DNA of 64,000 nucleotides, taken from the IMG/VR virus record IMGVR_UViG_3300020190_000049, positions 4,680 to 68,679 of that record; one strand, 5' to 3'. Below, piece after piece: positions 53,013 through 62,431 of the stretch. This stretch comes from a virus. Below the pieces are notes generated by a model, which worked only from the letters and a program-made list of their open reading frames with translations, did not search any database and was not told the origin of the DNA. Position numbers and translations under genes: made by a program. The number at the start of each line of letters is the position of its first letter. The stretch's first letter is position 1.

Positions 53013-53869
53013 TTTGTCTGATCCAATTCTAGATTGACTTTCCATTCATGGCTGCAATTAGAACACTTAACCTGCTGTGATTGCAATTTCATAGCGTCTT
53101 TCATATTATCCACATGATCTTTGATAGCATTGAAAATTTCGCTGGTGGTATTTTCTATGAAGTTTTTTATGATGTCTTTGTCAGTGACCGTACCTTCTGG
53201 TGTAGCGATACTTTCGATGCAGCCACAGATCACATCTACGGTCATCTCTGTGAGTTTTAGGAAACTAGAGCCGAATCTTTCTAGTTTTTCTTCGTCGCTC
53301 ATGTTTTCGTCATTGACTATGGCAAATATTTTCTGTTGTTCTAGAGTCTTTATAGCGGTTTTTGATATTTCTCTATAAGAATATGGACGTATGTTTATGA
53401 TCAACGGTCCGATATTTAAAGTATCTTCATAGACGAATTGAGAAACGGAATCGAGATATCCGATCAAACTCATCACAAAATCGTTCGATGTTTGGCAGTT
53501 AGGACAGGTAGCGGTGACATCCATGTTATCACCGTAGGTGGCTATGCGGATAGCAACTAGACAAGCATCGAGATCCAGGCTAGGCATCTGCCATGGATCT
53601 TTGATCGCAGGAATACAACTTTTAAGTACGCTGACTGTGGCCTGACCATTCATCAGTGCGTCCGGAGTTTTGAACATCAGTTCATCTTTGGCAGTCATAG
53701 CGAACACAGGATATTCTTCGATGGCACTGCGATCTAGAGATCCTTCGGGATAAAATCGTCCTTGGCTAGGCAATTTGATAAAAATTTTAGGTTGCCTGAA
53801 ATAATTGGCCAAAGGATTTCCTGCGGTTTTGACCGCGGTAGCGATTGGATTCATCTGTTGTTGTGACAT
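52991..53869 (-). CDS. baseplate hub assembly chaperone (T4 gp26-like)
   Basis: IKLPSQG, AMTAKDEL, LVAIRIATYG, two CxxC pairs (CPNC, CSNC), ends in NFF. Confidence 0.7.
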   Translation of the reverse strand: MSQQQMNPIATAVKTAGNPLANYFRQPKIFIKLPSQGRFYPEGSLDRSAIEEYPVFAMTAKDELMFKTPDALMNGQATVSVLKSCIPAIKDPWQMPSLDLDACLVAIRIATYGDNMDVTATCPNCQTSNDFVMSLIGYLDSVSQFVYEDTLNIGPLIINIRPYSYREISKTAIKTLEQQKIFAIVNDENMSDEEKLERFGSSFLKLTEMTVDVICGCIESIATPEGTVTDKDIIKNFIENTTSEIFNAIKDHVDNMKDAMKLQSQQVKCSNCSHEWKVNLELDQTNFFGKGS

Positions 53870-53880
53870 GTTTTTCTCCG

Positions 53881-53909
53881 ATAAATATAATATCTGTGCA
53901 TATATTTAT
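53881..53909. promoter_or_regulatory. pair of oppositely oriented late promoters
   Basis: ATAAATA at 53881-53887 (+, towards tape measure) and at 53903-53909 (-, towards the chaperone). Confidence 0.65.
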
Positions 53910-53936
53910 GTGCGTAGTTTTCGAGGTTTTTATTAA

Positions 53937-56900
53937 ATGGCAGAAGTAACTGGCGACCTTGGCGGTCAACCGATCCAATTAAACAATGCATCTACAGAAG
54001 CGACTCTGAAAGAGATCCTCGCGGCGATCTTGCGACAGGGCGTGACCGGCAAAGGCGGCAAAGCACAGAAAGATGTAGAAAAAAAACTCCGAGCACTGGC
54101 TGAACAATCACAAAAACTTACCAAGGAACAAAAAGAGGCGATCAAAAAACAAAATGACCTAAAAAAGAAAAAAGAAGAAGAAATTAAGCAGGCTGCAGCA
54201 TTAGGAGAGATTACTAGAACTGTAGTGGGGGGCTTCACTAATCTAGTCACAGGCATGGCCAACGTGATCAGTACTCTCAGCAAAATGGAAGATTCTCTGA
54301 CTGCTGCAGCGTCGTCATTGAGTGCTATTCCTATCGTAGGCGGTACACTGGCTGCAGTGTTTGGAGCGGCCGCCGATGCTGCTGAGCGTACCTACAAGTC
54401 CTTCAATGAAGCCGCTAGCGTAGGTGCTAATTTTGGCGGCAGCATCACAGCCATGGTCAATGCCGCATCTGGTGCGGGCCTTACATTTAATCAATTGTCA
54501 GGCATAGTTTCTAGGACTGGGCAGGATCTAGCGCTGCTGGGTGGCAGCACCGAAGAAGGAGCCAAGCGCCTAGCACAGTTAGGCAAAGAGATCAGAAAGT
54601 CACCATTAAATTCTCAATTGGCCGCGCTGGGCTACACCACTGAACAGATCAACGAAAGCATGGCCAAATACGGCGGTGTTATGGCCAAGACTGGTGCTCT
54701 GCAGGGAATGTCTAACAGTCAGTTAGTAGCGCAAACTGGACAGTATCTACAGAATCTAGATGCGGTGTCAAAACTCACAGGTCTGAACAAAAAAGATCTC
54801 GAAGATCAACGTGCCAAGATGATGAAGGATTCGCAGATACGTAATACTTTGAGAAAAATGGATGCTGCTAGTCAAGAAGAACTGATGGCTTTCTTACAGA
54901 CTCTGCCACCGGAACTACAAGAAGGTGCCAAAGAAGTAATAGCCACAGGAACAGCAACAACAGAAGCGGGTAAAGCAGCACTGCAATATCTACCAGATTC
55001 TGGTCGTGCATTTATGCAGATGAATGCACAGATACGACAGACCGGTAAGTTTACCAAAGAAAATAATCGAGCATTAAACGAATCTATACAATCAGAAGCC
55101 AAACGTGTAGCAGATAGTAATTTGGCAGAGAACATGAGACTTCACGGCGACAAATATGCAATGGGAGTTTTCACAGCCATAGACGATGTAGCAGCCAGAG
55201 AAAAAAATATAGCACAGGTACAGGACGAAGCGGCCAGGGCTGCTAAAGCAGCGAACGATTCGACTGCTGCTAGGATAAAAGGATTCAAAGAACAGATAGC
55301 CCAGATCAGTAACTCATTTTCAATTTTTTTAGTCAACAGCGGATTGTTAGAAACTTTCATGACAGTGTTTCAGAAATTTGTTGGATTTGTTCAAACTGTC
55401 GTAATACCTATAGTTCAGTTCTTAGTGACTCACATCGAAACAGTAGGATTGGTATTAGCAGGTTTAGTCGGGGTTATGATTGCAAATAAAATAGCCATGG
55501 AGGCTCTCACTTTTTACACTAATTTAGAAACACTGGCTAAGACAAAAGCAGTGATAGCGACGAAAGGATTCGTAGCAAAAATACTTGCAGGAGCAATAAC
55601 TGCTAGCGCAGCATTGTTCAAATTAGCAGCCGGTGTGTTAATCGCTTCACTACCATTTTTGAAAATCGCTGTGCCAATAATTGCATTAATTGCCGCATTC
55701 AAACTTTTGTACGATGCAGGATTTACTGTAGGAGATGTGCTTGAAGCCACAGGAGACGCTTTTAAAAGAATTTTATTAACGGTCTCGGAAGGATTTCTTT
55801 GGTTAATAGATAAACTTACTCCAGACGCTTCTGATATAAACAAAAAAGTCAAACAGGCACAAAGGGCTCTTAAATTAGAAAGAGAAGAATTAGACGAAAA
55901 AGAAAAAGCCAGAGATCAGCGCAGAAAAGATAAGCGTGCGGAAAGAGGAATAAAGGAAGAAGAAGACAAAGCTACCAAAGAAGGCATAGAACTCCAGGAA
56001 AAAGAAAACGCGGCTCGACAGGCTGGAGGGGCTGGAGGGGCGGGAGGAGCATCAACTGCTGCTCCAACGACTCCTACTGGTCGGCTAGATCTAAGTACTC
56101 CGCAGAAGATGTTTGAAAGCGCTATGCGCAGACAGCAAGGAGCAGCACAACAACCAGGGGCAGCAGCCGTGGCACCTGGTCTAGGAGGAATGGCAGCCAA
56201 ATTTGAATCAGGAAGAGCCGGAAGTGCTGCTGTAGGATGGGATTCGACTGGAGGGACCAGTTTCGGCAAGTATCAGATAGCCACGAAAACTGGTACCATG
56301 GACAAGTTCATGCAACATCTCAAGGCCACTAATCCAGAGGCCTTTGAAAGATTATCTAAAGCTGGTCCAGCAGATTCGGGCAAAGATGGCGCATTCGCAC
56401 AAGAATGGAAAAAACTAGCAGGAGAAGGAAAACTAGCCGAATCCGAACACGAGTTTATCAAAAAAACACATTATGATGTTGGCGTAGGAAAAGTACAAGA
56501 TAAAAATCTACAGGATATGATCGGCAAAAGCAAAGCCCTGCAAGAAGTCATGTGGTCGACTTCTGTGCAGCATGGTGGTGGTGGCGCAGGCAGCATATTC
56601 AACAAAGTTTACAAAGAAGGAATGACCGAGCAGGATCTCATCAAGGCCATATATGCTGAGCGTTCTACTAAATTTGGATCTAGTACCGCCGATGTCCAAC
56701 AGAGCGTGATGAATAGATTCGCACAAGAACAGCAATTGGCTCTTGGCATGGTCGGAATGCCGACCACTCCTGAAACACAGGTCGCCCAAGCACTAGGCCG
56801 AGGAGGCCAACGTGCTCAAATGGCACGGGGATCTTTGCCAAGAGGAGCATCAGCGACCCCGACAGCGACCGCAGCCCAAACTGCGTTAGCACAGGCACCT

Positions 56901-57167
56901 ACACCCTCAACTACTCCAACGACTACTCCTACCCAAACTGCACGGGCACCTGCACAAACCCAAGAAGATCCCATAACTCTGCTGGCTAGTTTAAATACAA
57001 AGATGGAGACTCTGATAGCACTGAATAGAAGAGCAAATGATACGAGATTAAATACAAAGATGGAGACTCTGATAGCACTGAATAGAAGAGCAAATGATAC
57101 GAGAGACAGCCAACTAAGGGCTGCTAAAGCATCAGCAGGCGAAGTCACAGCCTGGGTCGCGGCCTAA
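53937..57167 (+). CDS. tape measure protein with C-terminal lysozyme-like peptidoglycan hydrolase domain
   Basis: Long Ala/Gly/Gln helical region and hydrophobic segments, then AKFESG...DSTGGTSFGKYQI...WSTSVQHG lysozyme-like motif. Confidence 0.8.
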   Translation: MAEVTGDLGGQPIQLNNASTEATLKEILAAILRQGVTGKGGKAQKDVEKKLRALAEQSQKLTKEQKEAIKKQNDLKKKKEEEIKQAAALGEITRTVVGGFTNLVTGMANVISTLSKMEDSLTAAASSLSAIPIVGGTLAAVFGAAADAAERTYKSFNEAASVGANFGGSITAMVNAASGAGLTFNQLSGIVSRTGQDLALLGGSTEEGAKRLAQLGKEIRKSPLNSQLAALGYTTEQINESMAKYGGVMAKTGALQGMSNSQLVAQTGQYLQNLDAVSKLTGLNKKDLEDQRAKMMKDSQIRNTLRKMDAASQEELMAFLQTLPPELQEGAKEVIATGTATTEAGKAALQYLPDSGRAFMQMNAQIRQTGKFTKENNRALNESIQSEAKRVADSNLAENMRLHGDKYAMGVFTAIDDVAAREKNIAQVQDEAARAAKAANDSTAARIKGFKEQIAQISNSFSIFLVNSGLLETFMTVFQKFVGFVQTVVIPIVQFLVTHIETVGLVLAGLVGVMIANKIAMEALTFYTNLETLAKTKAVIATKGFVAKILAGAITASAALFKLAAGVLIASLPFLKIAVPIIALIAAFKLLYDAGFTVGDVLEATGDAFKRILLTVSEGFLWLIDKLTPDASDINKKVKQAQRALKLEREELDEKEKARDQRRKDKRAERGIKEEEDKATKEGIELQEKENAARQAGGAGGAGGASTAAPTTPTGRLDLSTPQKMFESAMRRQQGAAQQPGAAAVAPGLGGMAAKFESGRAGSAAVGWDSTGGTSFGKYQIATKTGTMDKFMQHLKATNPEAFERLSKAGPADSGKDGAFAQEWKKLAGEGKLAESEHEFIKKTHYDVGVGKVQDKNLQDMIGKSKALQEVMWSTSVQHGGGGAGSIFNKVYKEGMTEQDLIKAIYAERSTKFGSSTADVQQSVMNRFAQEQQLALGMVGMPTTPETQVAQALGRGGQRAQMARGSLPRGASATPTATAAQTALAQAPTPSTTPTTTPTQTARAPAQTQEDPITLLASLNTKMETLIALNRRANDTRLNTKMETLIALNRRANDTRDSQLRAAKASAGEVTAWVAA
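56991..57104. repeat. exact 57-bp in-frame tandem duplication (LNTKMETLIALNRRANDTR x2)
   Basis: 56991-57047 is identical to 57048-57104. Confidence 0.95.
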
Positions 57168-57180
57168 AGGAAAAATAAAT

Positions 57181-58893
57181 ATGTCTTGGAAAAAGTATTT
57201 CACTCCTGTACAAGTTAACAACGAAAATCGATCGTTGAGCCCGATCAGCGGCGGTGGAAGACCAGGACCTGCTCGCGCAAATTACAGTTCATTCTTACCA
57301 GACGTATATGCTGGTGCACCAAATCGTGTAGAAAGATATATGCAGTATGATACCATGGATATGGATTCGGAAGTAAATGCCGCATTAGATATATTAACAG
57401 AATTCTGCACACAGAAAGACAAAGAAAACGCCACGCCATTCCATACTTTTTTCCGAGGACAGCCGACGTCTACAGAAGTTAAATTGATCAAAGAAAGCCT
57501 ACAGAAATGGTGTAAACAGCAGCAGTTTGAAACTAGGATATTCCGCATAGTAAGGAATGCTTTCAAATACGGAGACTGTTTTTTTATCAGAGATCCCCAG
57601 ACACTAAAATGGTTGCATGTAGACGCTGCCAAAGTCAGTAAAATTATCGTCAATGAAAGCGAAGGCAAGATACCTGAACAATATACAGTAAGAGACATCA
57701 ATTTTAATTTCAAAGACATGATAGCCACTACACCACATGGCACTACGAATACCGCGCCCAGCGGCACGAGCTCCTATACATCAGGTGGAGGATTTGGTCG
57801 AGGATTCGTGGGCGATGCTGCTAGGCCCGCAGGCACTAGATTTCAAAATGCTACAAACGAAATCACTGTGGATGCCAAACACATAGTCCATATATCCATG
57901 TCAGAAGGTCTAGACAACAACTATCCTTTTGGTAACAGCCTACTAGAATCCGTGTTCAAAGTCTACAAGCAGAAAGAACTGTTAGAAGATGCCATCATCA
58001 TCTATCGAATACAGCGTGCTCCGGAGCGTAGGATATTCTATGTAGACGTAGGTAACATGCCTGCGCACATGGCCATGGCATTCGTTGAACGTGTGAAAAA
58101 CGAAATACAACAACGAAGAATTCCGTCGTCTACTGGCGGCGGTCAGAGTATGATAGATGCCAGTTATAATCCATTGAGCGTGAACGAAGACTACTTCTTT
58201 CCACAGACAGCAGAAGGTCGCGGATCTAAAGTTGAAACACTACCAGGAGGTACTAATCTAGGAGAAATCACAGATCTTAGATACTTTACCAACAAATTAT
58301 TTAGAGCATTACGGATTCCCAGTTCTTATCTACCCACTGCCATCGATGAGCAGGCCAATACTCTGGCCGACGGCAAAGTAGGAACTGCTTATATCCAAGA
58401 ATTGAGATTCAACAAATACTGCGAAAGATTACAGAGTATGCTCGTCGAAGTGTTTGATCTAGAATTTAAAATGTGGTTAAAAAACAATGGTGTCAATATC
58501 GATAGCAGCCTCTTTGAGTTGAAATTCAATCCTCCACAGAATTTCGCAGCCTACAGGCAAAGCGAATTAGATACCGCTAGAGTAGCTACGTTCACGCAAC
58601 TCATGGAAGTTCCGTATATCAGCAAACGTTTCGCTATGAAGCGTTTCTTAGGTATAACGCAAGAAGAAATCACAGAAAACGAGCGTCTATGGAAAGAAGA
58701 AAATGGAGCCAAATTGAAACCTGCTCTAGATGCAGGCGCACAAATGAGAGGAGCAGGCATCACTCCGGGTGATATACAAGGAGATATGACCGATCAAAAC
58801 GCCGAGGCACCTGCAGACATGGCCGCTGCAGCAGATCAAGGTGCCGCGGGAGAAACAGCCGCTCCTGCAGGACAATCACCTACACCTGCCTAA
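57181..58893 (+). CDS. gp20: portal vertex protein
   Basis: LLEDAIIIYRIQRAPERRIFYVDVGNMP, EDYFFP...GRGSKVETLPGG, YFTNKLFRALRIP. Confidence 0.95.
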   Translation: MSWKKYFTPVQVNNENRSLSPISGGGRPGPARANYSSFLPDVYAGAPNRVERYMQYDTMDMDSEVNAALDILTEFCTQKDKENATPFHTFFRGQPTSTEVKLIKESLQKWCKQQQFETRIFRIVRNAFKYGDCFFIRDPQTLKWLHVDAAKVSKIIVNESEGKIPEQYTVRDINFNFKDMIATTPHGTTNTAPSGTSSYTSGGGFGRGFVGDAARPAGTRFQNATNEITVDAKHIVHISMSEGLDNNYPFGNSLLESVFKVYKQKELLEDAIIIYRIQRAPERRIFYVDVGNMPAHMAMAFVERVKNEIQQRRIPSSTGGGQSMIDASYNPLSVNEDYFFPQTAEGRGSKVETLPGGTNLGEITDLRYFTNKLFRALRIPSSYLPTAIDEQANTLADGKVGTAYIQELRFNKYCERLQSMLVEVFDLEFKMWLKNNGVNIDSSLFELKFNPPQNFAAYRQSELDTARVATFTQLMEVPYISKRFAMKRFLGITQEEITENERLWKEENGAKLKPALDAGAQMRGAGITPGDIQGDMTDQNAEAPADMAAAADQGAAGETAAPAGQSPTPA

Positions 58894-58898
58894 TAAGA

Positions 58899-58905
58899 AT
58901 AAATA
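58899..58905 (+). promoter_or_regulatory. putative late promoter (ATAAATA)
   Basis: Immediately after the portal stop and 4 nt before ATG 58910. Confidence 0.5.
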
Positions 58906-58909
58906 CACT

Positions 58910-59155
58910 ATGCTTCTGTGCGAATTCTTTTATTTTAACAACAATACCAACGACTTTGCTGTCGATCGTCGTTACGACAACAGCGAAGACAAATCAGTAT
59001 TAAAACGCAGTGATACTAGAAAAACCCGATTAACTCTACGACAGATCAATAAACTCCGTATGCAATCAGAGGCACACGAATATGAAAGAGAAAGCGAATT
59101 AGAGTTCGTTAAACAGATGTACGGAACACCAGTTGAAGCAGCACCTGCCGAGTAA
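58910..59155 (+). CDS. small head-cluster hypothetical protein
   Basis: ATG 58910 preferred over 58841; DTRKTRLTLRQINKLR. Confidence 0.7.
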   Translation: MLLCEFFYFNNNTNDFAVDRRYDNSEDKSVLKRSDTRKTRLTLRQINKLRMQSEAHEYERESELEFVKQMYGTPVEAAPAE

Positions 59156-59771
59156 ACCTGCATTTGTACTTGGAAACGGAACTAGCAGGCTTTCACTAAA
59201 ACACAACAACTTGCTGGATAAAGGTACTGTATATGCCTGCAATGCCATCTATCGAGAATTCGAACCTCATTACCTGGTAGCAGTCGATGTTAAAATGGTC
59301 AACGAAATAGTAGCGTCGGGTTACCATAAATCACACACCGTCTGGACTAATCCTAATAAAGGTATCGGCACTAAACACTATTTGAATTTTTTTAATCCGC
59401 ATAAAGGTTGGAGTTCGGGTCCTACTGCCTTATGGTTAGCCTGCGGCCATGGATATAAAGAAATCTTTATTTTTGGGTTTGATTATTCAGGAGCCAACGG
59501 TCGATTTAATAATGTCTATGCTGATACATACAACTATAAAAAAAGTTCTGACGTAGCCACGTTTCATGGAAATTGGTTGAGTCAGACGGAAAAGACCATA
59601 CGCGAATATAAAAATATTAAATTTTATAGAGTGATCAATCCGGGAGATTTCATACCAGATCAACTGGGAGTACAACTGCAAAATCTCAAACATATGACCT
59701 ACGATGAATTCGGTAACAGATTTATAGATTGCGTTAATGTCACCGAAAACCTCCAAAAAACAATCGTTTAA
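59133..59771 (+). CDS. MAF_flag10/DUF115-like (Maf / sialyltransferase-like fold) protein
   Basis: AFVLGNGTSR, YACNAIY, PHYLVAVD, SSGPTAL, IFIFGFD motif order. Confidence 0.6.
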   Translation: MKQHLPSKPAFVLGNGTSRLSLKHNNLLDKGTVYACNAIYREFEPHYLVAVDVKMVNEIVASGYHKSHTVWTNPNKGIGTKHYLNFFNPHKGWSSGPTALWLACGHGYKEIFIFGFDYSGANGRFNNVYADTYNYKKSSDVATFHGNWLSQTEKTIREYKNIKFYRVINPGDFIPDQLGVQLQNLKHMTYDEFGNRFIDCVNVTENLQKTIV

Positions 59772-59792
59772 CCCTATTTTTTTATCTACGCA

Positions 59793-59799
59793 GTAAATA
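59793..59799 (+). promoter_or_regulatory. putative late promoter variant (GTAAATA)
   Basis: Upstream of the AAGGAG RBS of 59835. Confidence 0.5.
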
Positions 59800-59834
59800 A
59801 AACACAGCCTAACCATCTTGAAGGAGAATCTATC

Positions 59835-60671
59835 ATGGCAGACAAATCACTGATCGAGCAGATGCTCGAGCGTCTGGTCAACGAAGACCAGGCCAAAGCA
59901 GAAGAATTATTCCACGAGTATGTTGTTGCGAAATCTCGTGAGATCTATGAAGAATTAATCGAAAGCGAAATCGCCGAAGAAGACGAAGAAATGGACGAAG
60001 CTGCTAAAGATGAAGATGCAGAAGACGACAAAGTTGACGAAGCTTCTGATGAAGACAAAGACGACGAAAAAATGGACGAAGAGTTCGAAGATATCGCTGT
60101 TGAAGGCGATGACGAAATGGATCTAAAACCAGGCGATCCTACAGACGATCTAGCCGGTGGCCTGGGGGATGACGAGGAAGGAGAAGAAAGATCTGACGAT
60201 GAACTTTTCCAAGATTTAGAATCAATAGTCGATGAATTACAGGCCAAATTTGATGCACTTAAAGGTGGCGACGACATGGGCGACGACATGGGCGACGACA
60301 TGAAAGATGCGATCGATCCAGAATTAGCCACAGTACGTGAATACGTAGAAAAAGTCGGAAACGCTAAAATGGGCGACAACGGTGCTAACACCAAATCTAT
60401 CGTAGCAGGTAAGAACGACATGGGCGGCACTACTGCTAACATCGTTCGCGGAGACACAGCAAATGATGGTGAAGTTGGGGCCGGTAGAAAAATCAAAGGT
60501 TCCGCTCTAACCGATCAGAATCCAAAAGAAGACAATGCTGGCAACATCAATGTTCCGGGCGGTAAAGCAGGTAATGCTTTCAGCAAGAAAGAGCCTGGAC
60601 ATGGCGCCGAAAAGAAAGGTGCTGCTGAACAAGCTGATAACAAGCAAAGCCTTTTCCGTGGTCGTAGGTAA
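59835..60671 (+). CDS. acidic prohead core/scaffold-associated protein
   Basis: Very Asp/Glu-rich; lies between portal and protease like T4 gp67/68; GDDM x3 repeat at 60267-60302. Confidence 0.65.
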   Translation: MADKSLIEQMLERLVNEDQAKAEELFHEYVVAKSREIYEELIESEIAEEDEEMDEAAKDEDAEDDKVDEASDEDKDDEKMDEEFEDIAVEGDDEMDLKPGDPTDDLAGGLGDDEEGEERSDDELFQDLESIVDELQAKFDALKGGDDMGDDMGDDMKDAIDPELATVREYVEKVGNAKMGDNGANTKSIVAGKNDMGGTTANIVRGDTANDGEVGAGRKIKGSALTDQNPKEDNAGNINVPGGKAGNAFSKKEPGHGAEKKGAAEQADNKQSLFRGRR

Positions 60672-60683
60672 TAGGACGCCAAG

Positions 60684-61313
60684 GTGAAAAACTACCTATC
60701 AGAACATCTGAGTTTCGACCAGGCCAAGATTGTATTGGAGAGCGAAGAAGAACAGGGGGGCGGTAAAACGCTTCACCTGAACGGTATCTGTATCCAAGGG
60801 GATATCAGAAATCAAAACCAACGTGTTTATTCTTCTCAAGAAATTGGCAAGGCTGTCAAAACGCTCAACGAGCAGATCGCTGGCGGATACTCCGTGCTAG
60901 GTGAAGTTGATCACCCGCAGGATTTGAAAATCAATCTAGATCGTGTTAGTCATATGATTACCAAGATGTGGATGGATGGTCCTAACGGCTACGGAAAACT
61001 TAAAATCCTCCCCACTCCAATGGGTCAATTGATTCAGACCATGTTAGAGTCGGGAGTCAAGTTAGGCGTATCGAGCAGAGGTTCCGGAGAAGTCGACGGA
61101 AGTGGTAATGTTAAAGATTTTGAAATCATTACCGTCGATGTAGTAGCACAACCTTCCGCCCCGGGCGCCTATCCAACACCAGTATATGAAGGCCTCATGA
61201 ACACCAAAGGAGGCTACCAGGCATTTTTAACAGCAAATGAAGTTCAAGGCGACCCTAAGGCACAGAAATACATAGCAGAGAGCCTGAAACGGATTATTTC
61301 AGGACTCAAATAA
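60684..61313 (+). CDS. gp21: prohead core protease
   Basis: NQNQRVY, LGEVDHP, VSH, LGVSSRGSG, TVDVVAQPSAPGA. Confidence 0.93.
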   Translation: MKNYLSEHLSFDQAKIVLESEEEQGGGKTLHLNGICIQGDIRNQNQRVYSSQEIGKAVKTLNEQIAGGYSVLGEVDHPQDLKINLDRVSHMITKMWMDGPNGYGKLKILPTPMGQLIQTMLESGVKLGVSSRGSGEVDGSGNVKDFEIITVDVVAQPSAPGAYPTPVYEGLMNTKGGYQAFLTANEVQGDPKAQKYIAESLKRIISGLK

Positions 61314-61325
61314 AAGGAGAATCAC

Positions 61326-62420
61326 ATGCTAGATTTCGTAAAACAGTTGTTTGAAAACAATGTGATTTCCGAGGAAATGAAATCGGAGATTGAATCTGCT
61401 TGGCAAAGTAGAATTCAAGAAAACCGTGACCAAGTCACTGCTGAACTACGTGAAGAGTTCGCACAAAAATACGAACACGACAAGACTGCAATGGTGGAAG
61501 CTGTCGAATCGATGCTGAGTGATCGTCTACAAGCAGAGTTATCTGAACTTGCAGAAGATCGTCAAGGATTGATCGAGGCTAGAGCCAAGTATGCTAAGAA
61601 AATGAAAAACGATTCTAAAGCAATGGAATCATTCGTTCTTCAAAATCTTAAGAAGGAACTTGCAGAATTACACGAAGATCGCAAAGCAGTCGCAGATAAT
61701 GTTGCTAAACTAGAATCTTTCATCGTGGATGCCCTAGCGAAAGAAATCGCAGAATTCCATACCGATAAGAAAGACTTAGCCGAAACTAAGGTACGATTAG
61801 TGCGTGAATCAAAGGCTAAGTTTGAACAGATCAAGAAAGAGTTCGTCCAGCGTTCTGCTAAGATCGTCCAAGAAACAGTCGCAAAAGGACTGCGTTCTGA
61901 GATGGTACAGTTACGCGAAGACATAGAAGCAGCTCGAAGAAATGACTTTGGTCGCAGGATTTTTGAAAGTTTTGCCAGCGAATATGCTGCAAGCCACTTA
62001 AATGAAAAATCTGAGACTGCTAAACTTTTACAGGTCGTAAAAACCAAAGAAGCAGAATTAGAAGAAGCAGCAAAGATTGTTGCAGAAACACAAAAATTAG
62101 TCGAAAATCGAGAACAAGAAATCCGTGTTATGAAAGACATGGCTTCTCGCAAAGAAGTAATGAACGAATTGCTAGGCCCCTTAACAGGCGACAAACGATC
62201 GGTCATGAAAGAATTGCTTGAATCGGTTCAAACAGAAAAACTACGAGGCGCTTTTGACAAGTACTTACCAGCCGTCATGGATGGAGGTGTACCAGCGAAA
62301 AAAGCACTGACAGAAGGCAAAGAAATCACAGGCGATAAACAACAGGCACAACAATTCAGCAGCGAAGAAAAAACTGCTGAGATATTTGACATCCGCAGGC
62401 TTGCGGGACTAAAAGTTTAA
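61326..62420 (+). CDS. gp22: prohead core scaffolding protein
   Basis: Long Glu/Lys coiled-coil between protease and capsid genes; strong RBS. Confidence 0.8.
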   Translation: MLDFVKQLFENNVISEEMKSEIESAWQSRIQENRDQVTAELREEFAQKYEHDKTAMVEAVESMLSDRLQAELSELAEDRQGLIEARAKYAKKMKNDSKAMESFVLQNLKKELAELHEDRKAVADNVAKLESFIVDALAKEIAEFHTDKKDLAETKVRLVRESKAKFEQIKKEFVQRSAKIVQETVAKGLRSEMVQLREDIEAARRNDFGRRIFESFASEYAASHLNEKSETAKLLQVVKTKEAELEEAAKIVAETQKLVENREQEIRVMKDMASRKEVMNELLGPLTGDKRSVMKELLESVQTEKLRGAFDKYLPAVMDGGVPAKKALTEGKEITGDKQQAQQFSSEEKTAEIFDIRRLAGLKV

Positions 62421-62431
62421 GGAGAACTATA

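Noticed and set aside
60267-60302. 12-bp x3 repeat (GDDM)
   Set aside because: Ordinary low-complexity expansion within an acidic core protein
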